Shown here: piece by piece, positions 52,758 to 63,347 of the stretch
Layout of the letters: each line of letters begins with the position of its first letter
How positions within the stretch are numbered: position 1 is the first letter of the stretch
Sequence record: OP114734.1
Source of the DNA: Escherichia phage vB_ESM-pEJ01
Direction: 5' to 3' (one strand)
DNA length: 64,000 nucleotides
Notes under the pieces: generated by a model
Told to the model about the DNA's origin: nothing
Database searches by the model: none
Seen by the model: the letters and a program-made list of their open reading frames with translations, nothing else
Made by a program: the position numbers and the translations under genes

Positions 52758-53828
52758 TTATGCTAACATATCTTCGATTTCTTTGTCAACTGCTTCGTCG
52801 CTGATAATCTGGCCTAACTGATAATGATCGTTGATTGCTTTCTGGAAGTGCTCATTGGTCAGTAGAGGTTTCCAGAACTCCACACTGTCAGTGTCTTTTG
52901 CACGCACCTTGCGGTCTTCAACTTCCATTTCTCCGGTCTCCTCGTTAAGAATAGCGCGAGAATACCAGCCATTTGATGGTTTAACTACCCAACCCAACTC
53001 CACCGCAAGATCCAGCAATCCAGAATAAGGATCGATGCCACCACTAAACGTTACGCTAATCGGGAACTTTGATCCCTCTCTAACCGTTCGTGATTTCTCG
53101 GCTTTCAGAATAAAGTCATAACCCGTAACCTCGGTTCCTTCTTTCTGCTGGCGACGCCCAATGATGAAAATTTCATTGGAAGAGTAAACGCCACCAGTAC
53201 CGCCACCCATGATATCTTTCGGGTAAAGATCCATTGAGCTATAAACGTGGTTAATCGCAATGCACGGAATATCATTCATGGTCAGATACGGCGTAATCAT
53301 ACGGAACAAGCCTTTAAGTGCTTTAGCTCTCGTCATATCCTGTGCCGATTTCTCATTAATCGCGTCTTCAACTTCTTTTTTACTTGCCAAGTTACCGATT
53401 GAGTCAATAAAGATGATCACTTTATCTTCACGGGTAATTTGCTCAAGCTGGTTCATGATCTCAAATTTAAGTTCTTCGATGTTCTTGATTGGAACGTGCA
53501 CCACTCGATCAGGATCTACACCCATAGATGACAGATACGCGGAAGTAATGCCAAATTCTGAATCAAAGAACAAACAAGCCGCATCTGGATTCTGTTTCAT
53601 GTATGCACTAACACAAGTTAATCCCATGTTTGATTTAAAGTGCTTAGACGGACCAGCAAAGAAAATCAGACCAGATTGAAAGCCTTTTTTAAGATCACCA
53701 GAAAACGCAATATTCAGCATCGGGATCTTAGTGCGAGTATTTGTTTTTTCGTTAAAGAAGCTGGATTTAGACAGTACCGCAGTAGTTTTCAGGGTAGAGT
53801 TCTTTTTCAGTTTTTCCAGTACAGACAT
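52758..53828 (-). CDS. uvsX: UvsX recombinase (RecA-like)
   Basis: 356 aa; colinear with remembered T4 UvsX (GPSKHFKSNMGLT, FFDSEFGIT, IDSIGNLASKKE, CIAINH). Confidence 0.9.
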   Translation of the reverse strand: MSVLEKLKKNSTLKTTAVLSKSSFFNEKTNTRTKIPMLNIAFSGDLKKGFQSGLIFFAGPSKHFKSNMGLTCVSAYMKQNPDAACLFFDSEFGITSAYLSSMGVDPDRVVHVPIKNIEELKFEIMNQLEQITREDKVIIFIDSIGNLASKKEVEDAINEKSAQDMTRAKALKGLFRMITPYLTMNDIPCIAINHVYSSMDLYPKDIMGGGTGGVYSSNEIFIIGRRQQKEGTEVTGYDFILKAEKSRTVREGSKFPISVTFSGGIDPYSGLLDLAVELGWVVKPSNGWYSRAILNEETGEMEVEDRKVRAKDTDSVEFWKPLLTNEHFQKAINDHYQLGQIISDEAVDKEIEDMLA

Positions 53829-53839
53829 TATTAATACCT

Positions 53840-54067
53840 CTATTCAGTTAATCCGTAATACTTTAATTGCTTCATTGTTATTCGATCTTTGTAGTGCTCT
53901 TGAATTAACTTTTTCATCACATCAACATCGATCGTCACAAATACTTCGTTGCTGTGATTTCCGTGAACTTTCTTGAAATGCTCTATGCCTTCCTCACGTT
54001 CACGTTTAATCTTTTCAATGTCTCTCATAATATATTTCTCACATTGGCGGGTATCGTAACCCAACAC
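53840..54067 (-). CDS. hypothetical small protein
   Basis: 75 aa; the only ORF between gene 43 and uvsX. Confidence 0.4.
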   Translation of the reverse strand: MLGYDTRQCEKYIMRDIEKIKREREEGIEHFKKVHGNHSNEVFVTIDVDVMKKLIQEHYKDRITMKQLKYYGLTE

Positions 54068-54089
54068 CCGCCATTATACACACTTTATC

Positions 54090-56768
54090 TTAAATGTCAA
54101 ACAGGTCCGTAAGCGATGCCACCTTTTCATATTGCAGCTTTGCAGCCGTGGTAATGTTCTCCAGTGGTTTGACGAAAGTCTTATTAAACAACAAAGGCCA
54201 GTCCAACCACTTCAACACCTCTGATTCAATTTCTGGAGGAATACGAGTACCAGACAACCAACCAAAACAGATTTCTCCAAACGGATTTCGATCTTTAAGC
54301 GGTACAATCATAACCTTCTCGCCTTCACGAATCGGATCTAGTCCGAATTTTCGAGCATTACGATTATAACACAATACACTCTTAACCGCATACGGACAAC
54401 CCTTAATCGGATACCCGTTTGAATCGCTGTATTTCTGTAGGTTGTTTGCAGATGATACCGCAGCAACATCAAGATAGTCAAGTTTTCTAAATTCTTGCTC
54501 AAAAATACCGTAGTATTCCTGCAATGACTCTTCACCTTCCTGCAACATACGGCGAATACATTCTTTCAGTGATTTCTGACATGCTTTAGGGGTGGAGCTA
54601 CGTTGCGTTTCCAAGCCCATGATTTTTAGCTTAGGTTCAGCAAAGCGCGTTCCTTCCATATCCCAAACATTAAGAGCATAACGCTTTTTGCCAGTCCAGA
54701 ATCCACCGATACCCGCAGATTTCAACGGAGGACCAGCAATTGCCTCACGGTCCATAAACATCAAGTGCTCATAGTTGTTCATGTACTCGCATAACTCGCG
54801 ATATCCCTTGTCGATAATAGGTTCCATTCGATGTTTACCGAAATTATCAAGGAAGTCAACAAGTTTTTCGGTATCGTCGAAACGATCTTCCCCGCCAACC
54901 TTATCAACAACATTGTTAACCAGCACATAAACGGAGTCAGTATCACAATAACGAACATATGCAAAATCGGTTGTTCCGCAAAGCTCGTTTAAGTATTCGT
55001 TAATCTTACGCTCAATCCACTGAATTGCAAGCTGACCGAACAGTGTGATCGCACTAGCGTTACGGAGATCATAAAAACGGAATTTAGGATTCCCCAACGC
55101 ACCATAAAGTGAGTTGATCAAAACTTTTCGAGAAAGCTGGTTTGTATTGCACAAGATCGACTCGTCTTTACATTCTTCCAGCAATTTCTCTAAGGTATCT
55201 TTGCTTAATTCAGAAAGCATCGATTTAAACGCTTCATCGAAGTCGTGACGCACTTCAACGCTATAGCTAATGGTTCCCCCATAAACATGATTTTCATCGT
55301 GTAGAATCGCTTTACATAGTTCAGCATTGCGATCACATGCCAACATCATGTTTTTGTACTGCTTACGCTGATCGAATACCTTTTTAATCTCAATCGGTAC
55401 GATACCATGAATATCTTTTCTATACATCCATCCGTTAGGCGAGCAAGAATACTCATCACTCGGACGTGGTGCAGTTTTATTGATATACTCGTGCATCGGT
55501 GCAGCATCAAAAGATCCAGCGATTGTTTCAGGAGAAATATTAACCTGTCGAATAATAGATGGGTACAGACTTGTTAAGTCAAAGCTCATCATCCAACGGT
55601 AAGCATTTGGCACAGGTTCTTTTACAAATGCGCCTGGATACGTCTGCTTAGGCTGTATCTTATTTTCCGGTACTACTTTACCCTCAGCTTTCAGAGATCC
55701 GAAGATAATAGCATCCCATACTTTCATCGGGTTATAAACATGGTTAAATTTAATCTTTGCATAGAAACATAGACTATACACAAGATCGATAAATCCACGC
55801 TTTTTATCAATCGCCAGCACACGATCAACGTCGCCGATGTTATAATCGATGTAAAGTTGATGGTTGTCATCACGCAATTTCTTTAACGGACCATCATAAT
55901 CAACCTTACCGATTCCTGTCTCATATTCAGCAACATAATCTAACGCATATGTTGGTTGAGTCGTAAAGCTAAATTTCTTGTACAGGTCAATATAATCAAG
56001 GCTTTCGATCCCCATGATCGTAAATGCTTCACGCTCGTTGCCAAAATCATCCTGTGAGATTCTGGATTTAATCTTACCGCACGGGCTTAGACGGTTAGCG
56101 GTTCTACTTCCGAACTTATTACTGATACGTTTAATGATATATGGAATATCGAATGTTTCTGTGTTCCAGCCAGTGAAACCAACGGGTCGGTTTTCCTCAA
56201 AGAATCGGATGTATTCTAACAGCAATTCATCTTCTGTGTCATAGACGTTATAAACAACGCGCTCTACAATATCAGGTCGAAGAATAGACTTGCTTGCTTC
56301 CCAGATTTCACCGTTTTTTCCTTTCAAATCAAATACAAAGAAACGATCATGTACGGAATCATAATGCGTAATTGCATCGATAGGATATTTCGCTTCTTCT
56401 GGTTTAGGAAATTCTGGGGCAGTGACCTCAATATCAACCCATGCTACACGGATTTTATTTCGGTCATATCGAATCTCGCCTTTATACGTATCAGACAGAT
56501 AGGAGATGATAAAATCATCCATCCCTAGTGCCTCCTGCCCCATTTCTCCCATCTTTTTACGCCATTTGTTGGCCTCGTTCATAGATGGGAATTTTTTAGC
56601 AATGCAAGGCTTGCCATAGATATCTTTATAATTCGTAACCATACCAGGCGCGGCATGATGAAATAATGTTGGCGTATATTCAACGTAACGCTCTTGTTCT
56701 TGTCCAGCATCATCAATATAACGCTCGTAGATCTTATCACCTACTCGCTCACATGACAGAAAATACAT
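54090..56768 (-). CDS. 43: DNA polymerase gp43 (family B)
   Basis: 892 aa from ATG at 56768 (SD GAAGGAG; the track ORF starts at an upstream GTG); colinear with remembered T4 gp43 including exo and pol motifs (FDIE, YGDTDS, KILINSLYGALG). Confidence 0.93.
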   Translation of the reverse strand: MYFLSCERVGDKIYERYIDDAGQEQERYVEYTPTLFHHAAPGMVTNYKDIYGKPCIAKKFPSMNEANKWRKKMGEMGQEALGMDDFIISYLSDTYKGEIRYDRNKIRVAWVDIEVTAPEFPKPEEAKYPIDAITHYDSVHDRFFVFDLKGKNGEIWEASKSILRPDIVERVVYNVYDTEDELLLEYIRFFEENRPVGFTGWNTETFDIPYIIKRISNKFGSRTANRLSPCGKIKSRISQDDFGNEREAFTIMGIESLDYIDLYKKFSFTTQPTYALDYVAEYETGIGKVDYDGPLKKLRDDNHQLYIDYNIGDVDRVLAIDKKRGFIDLVYSLCFYAKIKFNHVYNPMKVWDAIIFGSLKAEGKVVPENKIQPKQTYPGAFVKEPVPNAYRWMMSFDLTSLYPSIIRQVNISPETIAGSFDAAPMHEYINKTAPRPSDEYSCSPNGWMYRKDIHGIVPIEIKKVFDQRKQYKNMMLACDRNAELCKAILHDENHVYGGTISYSVEVRHDFDEAFKSMLSELSKDTLEKLLEECKDESILCNTNQLSRKVLINSLYGALGNPKFRFYDLRNASAITLFGQLAIQWIERKINEYLNELCGTTDFAYVRYCDTDSVYVLVNNVVDKVGGEDRFDDTEKLVDFLDNFGKHRMEPIIDKGYRELCEYMNNYEHLMFMDREAIAGPPLKSAGIGGFWTGKKRYALNVWDMEGTRFAEPKLKIMGLETQRSSTPKACQKSLKECIRRMLQEGEESLQEYYGIFEQEFRKLDYLDVAAVSSANNLQKYSDSNGYPIKGCPYAVKSVLCYNRNARKFGLDPIREGEKVMIVPLKDRNPFGEICFGWLSGTRIPPEIESEVLKWLDWPLLFNKTFVKPLENITTAAKLQYEKVASLTDLFDI

Positions 56769-56800
56769 AATATAAACTCCTTCATTTACGAAAGACACTC

Positions 56801-56829
56801 ATTATAGGGGAATCGACCTAGTTTGTCAA
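56801..56829 (-). promoter_or_regulatory. sigma70-like promoter (TTGACA-17-TATAAT) upstream of gene 43
   Basis: GGGG...CCCC inverted repeat flanks the -35. Confidence 0.5.
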
Positions 56830-56850
56830 TACCCCTATCCCATCAGTATC

Positions 56851-57213
56851 TTAGCGTCCGATCTGATATTTCTCGATCAGCGTCCACTCTTCTTTCTGTT
56901 TGAAAGACAGTACACGGAAATTATTAACTTCGGTAGTTTCAAAATCACTATCAATCAGGGTACACAGATTCCACTGCGCCAGAAGTTTTGCAATGTTATT
57001 ACGGCGTAATTCATCTTCCCACGTCATTTTAACACTACGACCATCTAATTTCAACAACTCCTTGAAATGAACGATGTAATAGCGCCCCTTCTTCTGGAGA
57101 ATATGACAAGACTGATACAGTGTCTTGTCTCGATTGTTGGCAATGCCGCAGCGGGTTAAAGTCTCCTTAATTTTAAGGAAGTTTTCAGGACTAATCAAAT
57201 TAATTTCAATCAT
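56851..57213 (-). CDS. regA: translational repressor RegA
   Basis: 120 aa; MIEINLISPENFLKIKETLTRCGIANNRDKTLYQSCHILQKKGRYYIVHFKE almost identical to remembered T4 RegA. Confidence 0.92.
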   Translation of the reverse strand: MIEINLISPENFLKIKETLTRCGIANNRDKTLYQSCHILQKKGRYYIVHFKELLKLDGRSVKMTWEDELRRNNIAKLLAQWNLCTLIDSDFETTEVNNFRVLSFKQKEEWTLIEKYQIGR

Positions 57214-57214
57214 T

Positions 57215-57793
57215 TTACCACCTTTCTATAATCTTTTTAAGTCGTTTCCTTTCTGTCTGATTCTTAGTAACACCCGCCAAAAGTTCATCGGTCGCATACG
57301 GTTTAATGTGCTTCAATAACTTGTCCATATATCCCTTTTCATTAGCCAAATCGAGATAAAACCGGGCGTCATCCATATTTACACAATATGCTTTCGCCAC
57401 TGCCATTAAAACCAATTTTTGGTCCAATTCTTCTGTTAGTTTAGCCCATTTACCGTATCGTTTCCCCTTAGAAATACTCTGTAAGAGATAATCAAAATGC
57501 ATTTGATCTGGGAGGCCATGACCGATTAAATTCATCACATACGCGCTATATAGGCAATCTGCGTGCTGGGAAAGAGCGGTGTTAATCCATCTCTGGTTAT
57601 ATGCAGAATTGTTTCCCACATTAACGCGCTGTTTATCTAAGGTGATATGATCCATCAGAGCAAATAATGCATTGTCGGTTTTCTCGGTGAATGTATCCGC
57701 TAATTCAGACACCTTTTCCCAATCACGAGAACGCCATGCAATTTCATGCTCGTTTAATTGTGTATCATCTTCACCGAAAAATTGACCTAACAT
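57215..57793 (-). CDS. 62: clamp loader small subunit gp62
   Basis: 192 aa; colinear with remembered T4 gp62 (QLNEHEIAWRSRDW, YVMNLIGHGL, GKRYGKWAKL). Confidence 0.85.
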   Translation of the reverse strand: MLGQFFGEDDTQLNEHEIAWRSRDWEKVSELADTFTEKTDNALFALMDHITLDKQRVNVGNNSAYNQRWINTALSQHADCLYSAYVMNLIGHGLPDQMHFDYLLQSISKGKRYGKWAKLTEELDQKLVLMAVAKAYCVNMDDARFYLDLANEKGYMDKLLKHIKPYATDELLAGVTKNQTERKRLKKIIERW

Positions 57794-58767
57794 TATACGA
57801 ACTCCAATTCAACCATTAATTGCATTAACAAAAAGACAATGTGAATCTCTTTATCAGCCGCGTGCGCAAACATCTGATTATTTTCACCGATAATCTCGGT
57901 CAGACGAATAATAGAAGCTGGCTTAACTTGAGTATACAACTCATTATAAAGTTTCTTGACAAATTGAGCGTATGTATTGGTATAGCGTGGTGCGAGTTTA
58001 CGCACATTAGCAAACTGTTTAGTTTTAAGTGCTTCCACCACATCGGTTACTTCGGTATTGCTACTTTCGATAACCATGCTCAATACGCCAGCATCAATTT
58101 TACCATGTTTAGCGTAGCGGTCCAAAAGTTTCATTACGCGTCGGAAGTCTGGGAAGTTCTGCTTAACCAATTCCGCTAATACGCGCATTTCTTCTACTGG
58201 CACACCTTCTTTATCAAGAATTGCTTTACACCGGACGATCATTTCTTTCATCATGCGAAGCTGATCATCTTTAGTCGGAGATCCAAACGTGATGGGGTCA
58301 AATCGAGATCGTAACGCTGGGATAATACCTTCTAGATCGTTTGCTGTGATAATGAATGTCACGTTGTTTGAGTATGCCTCAGAGAAACTACGCAAGTGTC
58401 TTTGAGCATCAGCTAGCCCCGCTCGGTCATACTCATCGATAATAACAACTTTGCCTTTTTCTCGTTTTTCTTCATCGAGTGATACACTCTGCGCAAAGCG
58501 TGTAATCTCATCGCGGATAAAATCAATCTTACAATCTGCGCCGTTAACAAACAGATAATCAACACCCACATCTTCGCAAAGCGCCTTAGCAACGGTTGTT
58601 TTACCAGTACCCGGCGATGGGCTATGCAGTATCATAGAAGGGATTCGGCCTTGCTTAACAATCTGCGCGAAGATCTTTTTATCTGCTTCCGGCAGAATAC
58701 ATTCAGAAATTGATTTCGGACGGTATTTCTGTTCCCACTGAAACTCATTTTCATTAACACTCAGCAT
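57793..58767 (-). CDS. 44: clamp loader large subunit gp44 (AAA+)
   Basis: 324 aa from ATG at 58767 (SD GAGGTGA; the track ORF starts at an upstream GTG); Walker A SPSPGTGKTT; EQKYRP motif as in T4 gp44. Confidence 0.88.
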   Translation of the reverse strand: MLSVNENEFQWEQKYRPKSISECILPEADKKIFAQIVKQGRIPSMILHSPSPGTGKTTVAKALCEDVGVDYLFVNGADCKIDFIRDEITRFAQSVSLDEEKREKGKVVIIDEYDRAGLADAQRHLRSFSEAYSNNVTFIITANDLEGIIPALRSRFDPITFGSPTKDDQLRMMKEMIVRCKAILDKEGVPVEEMRVLAELVKQNFPDFRRVMKLLDRYAKHGKIDAGVLSMVIESSNTEVTDVVEALKTKQFANVRKLAPRYTNTYAQFVKKLYNELYTQVKPASIIRLTEIIGENNQMFAHAADKEIHIVFLLMQLMVELEFV

Positions 58768-58832
58768 ATAATCACCTCTCACAAATTACATCATTAAAAC
58801 GGGGAGTATTTACACTCCCCACAAACATTATA

Positions 58833-59522
58833 TTAGTCGGTGTAGCTGGAGTCAAGGTCACACGCGATCATATAAGATACGGTTTCACTTGCCAGCCATA
58901 CAGCCTTACGGCGAGTGAAGCTCAGTTTGTAATCGCCGAAGTCAGTAGCAACCAGTTTCATGTTATCTTTACGAATAAAGAAATGGAAGTCTGCGGTTCC
59001 GGTATATTCGCCCATATCAAGACAAAACATCTCATTCGGATTATTTTTGTCAATCTCTTCCCAGCCTTTGATCATCAGACGACCATCAATCGGAAGAAAT
59101 TCAAGGCGATCCACTTTAAGCTGATTGCTCATTTTCATAAGCTGTTTCAGATCGTCGTTGCTCAGTTCGTAATCTACATCGCTTGCAGGTGGAGTAACTC
59201 GGCCTTTCGGTGATACGATAGCAGCAGCACTAGCACCAGGATAATTAATTTTCAGACGATCATTAGACACACGAATGTTTCCGGTGCGGTCATCAACCGT
59301 AATATCTGCTTCATCGCCTACCAGATTCAGAATACCCAGGAAAGAGTTAAGATCATAGATCCCAATTTCGTGTTCCAGTTCTTGATTCAGAGTCGCTTCA
59401 CCATATACAACGTTTGTCATGTTTTTGGTGATCAGGACGTTTCCTTTTTTCAGGATGATACCTGGGTTAATAGCGGAAAAGTTTTTCAGGGTAGCAATGG
59501 TTTCTTTAGTCAGTTTCATCAA
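58833..59522 (-). CDS. 45: sliding clamp gp45
   Basis: 229 aa; N-terminus LTKETIATLKNFSAINPGI matches remembered T4 gp45; T4-like size. Confidence 0.85.
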   Translation of the reverse strand: MMKLTKETIATLKNFSAINPGIILKKGNVLITKNMTNVVYGEATLNQELEHEIGIYDLNSFLGILNLVGDEADITVDDRTGNIRVSNDRLKINYPGASAAAIVSPKGRVTPPASDVDYELSNDDLKQLMKMSNQLKVDRLEFLPIDGRLMIKGWEEIDKNNPNEMFCLDMGEYTGTADFHFFIRKDNMKLVATDFGDYKLSFTRRKAVWLASETVSYMIACDLDSSYTD

Positions 59523-59549
59523 ATCACCTTTATCATGTTAATCAATTAA

Positions 59550-59948
59550 TTACGGGTTTACTGCGTGTTCGTTACGAATCTTGAGCATTTTGTTTTGAAA
59601 GTTTTCCGCAGCTTGCTCATCAATAGCATGAGTATACTTAAATCCAATGTATGCTGTCAAGTATTGTTGCAGAGCATAGACAGTAACAGGATTCTTTGCG
59701 GTCTTCTTGCCTTCGAGATATATCAGATCACCACGAACATCAAACGCAAGTTTACGACGAATCACATTATCAACAAACTCATCAACAACAAAATGCCAAA
59801 TGTTGCTATCGGTTCCAATATCAAAATTAATCACAAATCCTTGTTTGACATAATCAAACGGTATCGGGAATAGTTTATAGTCAAGTTCGATAAACATTAA
59901 TTGTTCTTTTAGGCTCATACGTTTCATTCTATCACTTCCCATCAGCAA
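59550..59948 (-). CDS. rpbA: RNA polymerase-binding protein RpbA (positional)
   Basis: 132 aa; located between genes 45 and 46 as T4 rpbA; sequence identity not verified. Confidence 0.45.
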   Translation of the reverse strand: MLMGSDRMKRMSLKEQLMFIELDYKLFPIPFDYVKQGFVINFDIGTDSNIWHFVVDEFVDNVIRRKLAFDVRGDLIYLEGKKTAKNPVTVYALQQYLTAYIGFKYTHAIDEQAAENFQNKMLKIRNEHAVNP

Positions 59949-60324
59949 TTGCGATCAGACGAGTTACTACTACGCTAGCGGCTTCAATCAGCAGTTCATC
60001 AGTGTCAATCTGATAACCTTTTTCGAGAATATCTTTACCTCGAATAGTTTTAGCGCCTTTAGCAATTGAATCATCGTAATACTTGCGCATTGCAGCGATC
60101 CATTCTTTTTGCACCATATCATCAATATGCGCGTACAGTTCAAAGCGTGCTTGCTGCGGGATAACCTTCATTTTAGCTTTCTCGCTTTCTGGCATTTGTA
60201 GTACCCACGCTTTACGGATCTTGTTCATTGCTCGGTCAAATTCGAGGCTGGTTTTCTTGTTCTGAATGTCTGCTACAGTAATTTTAGCCAGGTTTGCGGA
60301 AGTAGTCATAATATTAATCTCCAA
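59932..60324 (-). CDS. hypothetical protein
   Basis: 130 aa track ORF. Confidence 0.4.
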   Translation of the reverse strand: MEINIMTTSANLAKITVADIQNKKTSLEFDRAMNKIRKAWVLQMPESEKAKMKVIPQQARFELYAHIDDMVQKEWIAAMRKYYDDSIAKGAKTIRGKDILEKGYQIDTDELLIEAASVVVTRLIAIADGK

Positions 60325-60339
60325 AATAAAATCAGTATA

Positions 60340-60570
60340 TCACGTTCTAAAGTTTGTTGCAACCCCAGCATCAGGGTAATCAAGTTTATCAAAGTTGGGG
60401 ACCAGCATAAACTCATGATGACGACAAGACAACATTTTTGTTATGTCTGCATCGCTGTATATGCTGTTTTTCATATCCCCCATACTAACTACATATTCTT
60501 CACCGGAATATAGATTGATTAAGGTATACAATTCTAACTCCGGCTGCGTTACTCTGTCAAATGTTAACAT
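60340..60570 (-). CDS. hypothetical small protein
   Basis: 76 aa track ORF immediately downstream of gene 46. Confidence 0.4.
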   Translation of the reverse strand: MLTFDRVTQPELELYTLINLYSGEEYVVSMGDMKNSIYSDADITKMLSCRHHEFMLVPNFDKLDYPDAGVATNFRT

Positions 60571-62239
60571 TCATTTCAGTGAATCGCCCACGTTTAACCA
60601 TCTTGAGATGACGGCTAAAATCATCAGGGTTATGGTCACGATGGCTGATAATATACACGTTATCATCTAACTTGTCAATGATGGAATCAAGTGCTTTTAC
60701 GCCTTGAACGTCCGTAGCCCCATCATAAATTTCGTCGAGTACCAACAAAGAAATATTAGTACCAGATACTTTACCAGCAACATCACGCCATGTAAAGAGC
60801 ATCGCAAGGTCAATACGTGCCTTTTCGCCTTGACTGAACGATGTATACGAAAACGATTCACGCCCCCGTGATTTGATTGTTTCGTTAAACTCTTCATCTA
60901 GCGTAAAGATATAATCCGCTTCCATGATATCAAGATAATACGCAATCCGATCATTGAAATATGGAATATATTTCTTGACGATAGACGCCTTAACACCGGA
61001 ATCCTTCAACATTTCTGTTACAAATCCACGGTGATATTTTTCAAGAACTAGCTTTGATTTTTCATTAGTAATCTCTACCAGTTCGTGTTCCAGTTTAGCA
61101 AGTTCTTCGGAATTGTCAACCCTTTCTTTTTGTAATTCCTGAATTGCTTTCTGGATCTGTTTAGCCCGACCTACAGATGCCGTTAAATTCGCTCTCTGTG
61201 ACTCTATAGCGCGTTTAATTTCCAAGACCTTAGTTTGTGCTGTCTGGAAAGAATTGGCTTTCTCTGCGTATTCTACGCGTTTCTCGTCAATCAGAGACAG
61301 TTTATGTTCCGCTTGTGCTTTTTGTTCGCGTACAGCCTGATCATTACCCTGAATGATCGGTTGTGTGCACGTAGGACAGATCCCGCCTTTCTCATGCATA
61401 TGAATAACACGGTCAAAGTTCTGGATCTGCGCACCAATCTGTGCGATAGCCGTATTAATTTTAGCCAATGCCGCGCTAGGATCTTCCGGCATAACAACAG
61501 CCAATAGCTCATCGGTCAAGCGCGTTTCTTCGGCTTTAAACGCTTTAGCTGATTCTACTTCTTTCTCGTACATATTCTGCAAACGCTGTAGATTCTCGGC
61601 ACTCGCCTTGCTAGCGTCTTCTATGTACTTTTTATGAGTGTTGATTTGTTGCTGAACGTGATTAGCTTTCATTTCCTGCATTTGGATATTCTGGGTAATC
61701 TCGCGCACATACGCTTTATTCAGTTTATCCATTTCGCCTAGCGTAGCAATATCAAGCAAATCCTCAACCAGTTTACGGCGACCCGCTGCCGGAAGACTCA
61801 TAAACGGAACATAACCAGCAGTACCTAAAACAACGATCTGTTTAAAGCTGGCTAGGTTCATGCCTATGATACCTTCAAAATATTCCTGAAAGTCTTTGGT
61901 GCTTGCGCTCTCGTCGATCTTTTGACCGTCGCGATGCACTTCGAATACTTCCGGTTTTTGACCACGTTTGATATAAAACTCTTTCCCGTCCAGTTCAAAC
62001 CAGACTTCGACTAACAGTTTCTTTTTGTTGACGCTGTTAATCAATTGGCCTTTCTTGATACTACGAAACGGTTTACCGAACAACACAAAGCAAAGCGCCT
62101 CGATCATTGTTGATTTACCAGCACCGTTAACACCAGTGATTAGTGTCTTTTTGAATCCGTCTAGCTGAATCTCAACAGGTTCAGCACCCACGCTCATTAT
62201 ATTTTGATAGCGCAAGGTTTTAAAATTTAACTTTGCCAT
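60557..62239 (-). CDS. 46: recombination endonuclease ATPase subunit gp46 (Rad50/SbcC-like)
   Basis: 560 aa from ATG at 62239 (the track ORF starts at an upstream TTG); Walker A GVNGAGKST, zinc hook CPTC, C-terminal EEFNETIKSRGRESFSYTSFSQGEKARIDLA and LVLDE match remembered T4 gp46. Confidence 0.9.
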   Translation of the reverse strand: MAKLNFKTLRYQNIMSVGAEPVEIQLDGFKKTLITGVNGAGKSTMIEALCFVLFGKPFRSIKKGQLINSVNKKKLLVEVWFELDGKEFYIKRGQKPEVFEVHRDGQKIDESASTKDFQEYFEGIIGMNLASFKQIVVLGTAGYVPFMSLPAAGRRKLVEDLLDIATLGEMDKLNKAYVREITQNIQMQEMKANHVQQQINTHKKYIEDASKASAENLQRLQNMYEKEVESAKAFKAEETRLTDELLAVVMPEDPSAALAKINTAIAQIGAQIQNFDRVIHMHEKGGICPTCTQPIIQGNDQAVREQKAQAEHKLSLIDEKRVEYAEKANSFQTAQTKVLEIKRAIESQRANLTASVGRAKQIQKAIQELQKERVDNSEELAKLEHELVEITNEKSKLVLEKYHRGFVTEMLKDSGVKASIVKKYIPYFNDRIAYYLDIMEADYIFTLDEEFNETIKSRGRESFSYTSFSQGEKARIDLAMLFTWRDVAGKVSGTNISLLVLDEIYDGATDVQGVKALDSIIDKLDDNVYIISHRDHNPDDFSRHLKMVKRGRFTEMNVNI

Positions 62240-62483
62240 TAATCCACTCCGCAATCACACATTCCATAATATTAAATGCTAACACATCTTCATCAATATT
62301 GTAAACACTTGCCGCCTTCACTTTAACTAATGTGTCTCTGCGATCTGGCAACATGATCACATAATCCAGTGTCGCAGGATCATATGTCATAAAGGGATCA
62401 ACATAAATCCCTTTATTCAATGCCAGATATTCGCGAAGACCTTCTATAACCCTGTGTCTAAGGTAGGTCATCGATAGAATCAT
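62220..62483 (-). CDS. hypothetical protein
   Basis: 87 aa track ORF; 20 nt overlap with gene 46 start. Confidence 0.4.
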   Translation of the reverse strand: MILSMTYLRHRVIEGLREYLALNKGIYVDPFMTYDPATLDYVIMLPDRRDTLVKVKAASVYNIDEDVLAFNIMECVIAEWINGKVKF

Positions 62484-63076
62484 TTTAGTTTATGTTCCTC
62501 TAAAAATTCTTCAATTTCACCTTGCAGGTCTTCCGCTTGTTGTTCCAGAATATCGCGAAATTCACCTACAGTCAAGCGATAATCACACTTCACCAGTCGA
62601 TGTGGGAGAATATACCCTTTATACATCGTCTCTGACGCTTCCAGGAATACCCCACTATGCATGACAGAGATCCAACCTGTTAGCGTCAATGGAGTATTCG
62701 GAAAATAATACTTGCTGGATTGTTTCCACTGGACGAAAGCACCATATACAATCGGATTATATTCACCAACCACACTCTTAATAATGGATTCTACTTTGTC
62801 TTTTACAAAGTCGCCAATGCCCATAGTCACCATCAACTCTTGTGGGTGAATCACTTTAAGGTAACGACGGTAGCCGTCATCATACCACAGCTTAACCACT
62901 GGATGGCCCCACATTTTAGCAATACGCGCTTTCAGATAACCATAGATCGGATTCTTGTAATATGATTGTTTTATTGTGTATGCGTGCACCAATTCAATAA
63001 AATATTCCATTGCTATCGAATCAGGATCAGCCGCGACCATAGTCGTATTCATAATATGTTCCTCGTTCAATTTCAT
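62480..63076 (-). CDS. hypothetical protein
   Basis: 198 aa track ORF; the 5' end overlaps the upstream ORF so the true start is probably an internal Met. Confidence 0.4.
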   Translation of the reverse strand: MKLNEEHIMNTTMVAADPDSIAMEYFIELVHAYTIKQSYYKNPIYGYLKARIAKMWGHPVVKLWYDDGYRRYLKVIHPQELMVTMGIGDFVKDKVESIIKSVVGEYNPIVYGAFVQWKQSSKYYFPNTPLTLTGWISVMHSGVFLEASETMYKGYILPHRLVKCDYRLTVGEFRDILEQQAEDLQGEIEEFLEEHKLK

Positions 63077-63347
63077 ATTGTTTCAGGTCTTCTAAAAGTT
63101 CATCCACTGCTTGTTTCAGCACATGACGCAGCGTAAAGTAATAGCTTTCATCAAATTCTATTTCCGCGCGAGGAATAGAGCGAAACTTACACTTAACAGT
63201 AGTATCGGTGAGTCGCTTTTCGACCATCATCCGAACTTCTTCATGCTCTTTGGAATACCATACATCAACGGAGATTCCCTTACGGCGAGCGAACATAGGC
63301 AACGCTGCATTAAATTCCATTACTTTTTGTGTAAGTGTTTTCATCAT
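63027..63347 (-). CDS. hypothetical protein
   Basis: 106 aa track ORF. Confidence 0.4.
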   Translation of the reverse strand: MMKTLTQKVMEFNAALPMFARRKGISVDVWYSKEHEEVRMMVEKRLTDTTVKCKFRSIPRAEIEFDESYYFTLRHVLKQAVDELLEDLKQYEIERGTYYEYDYGRG

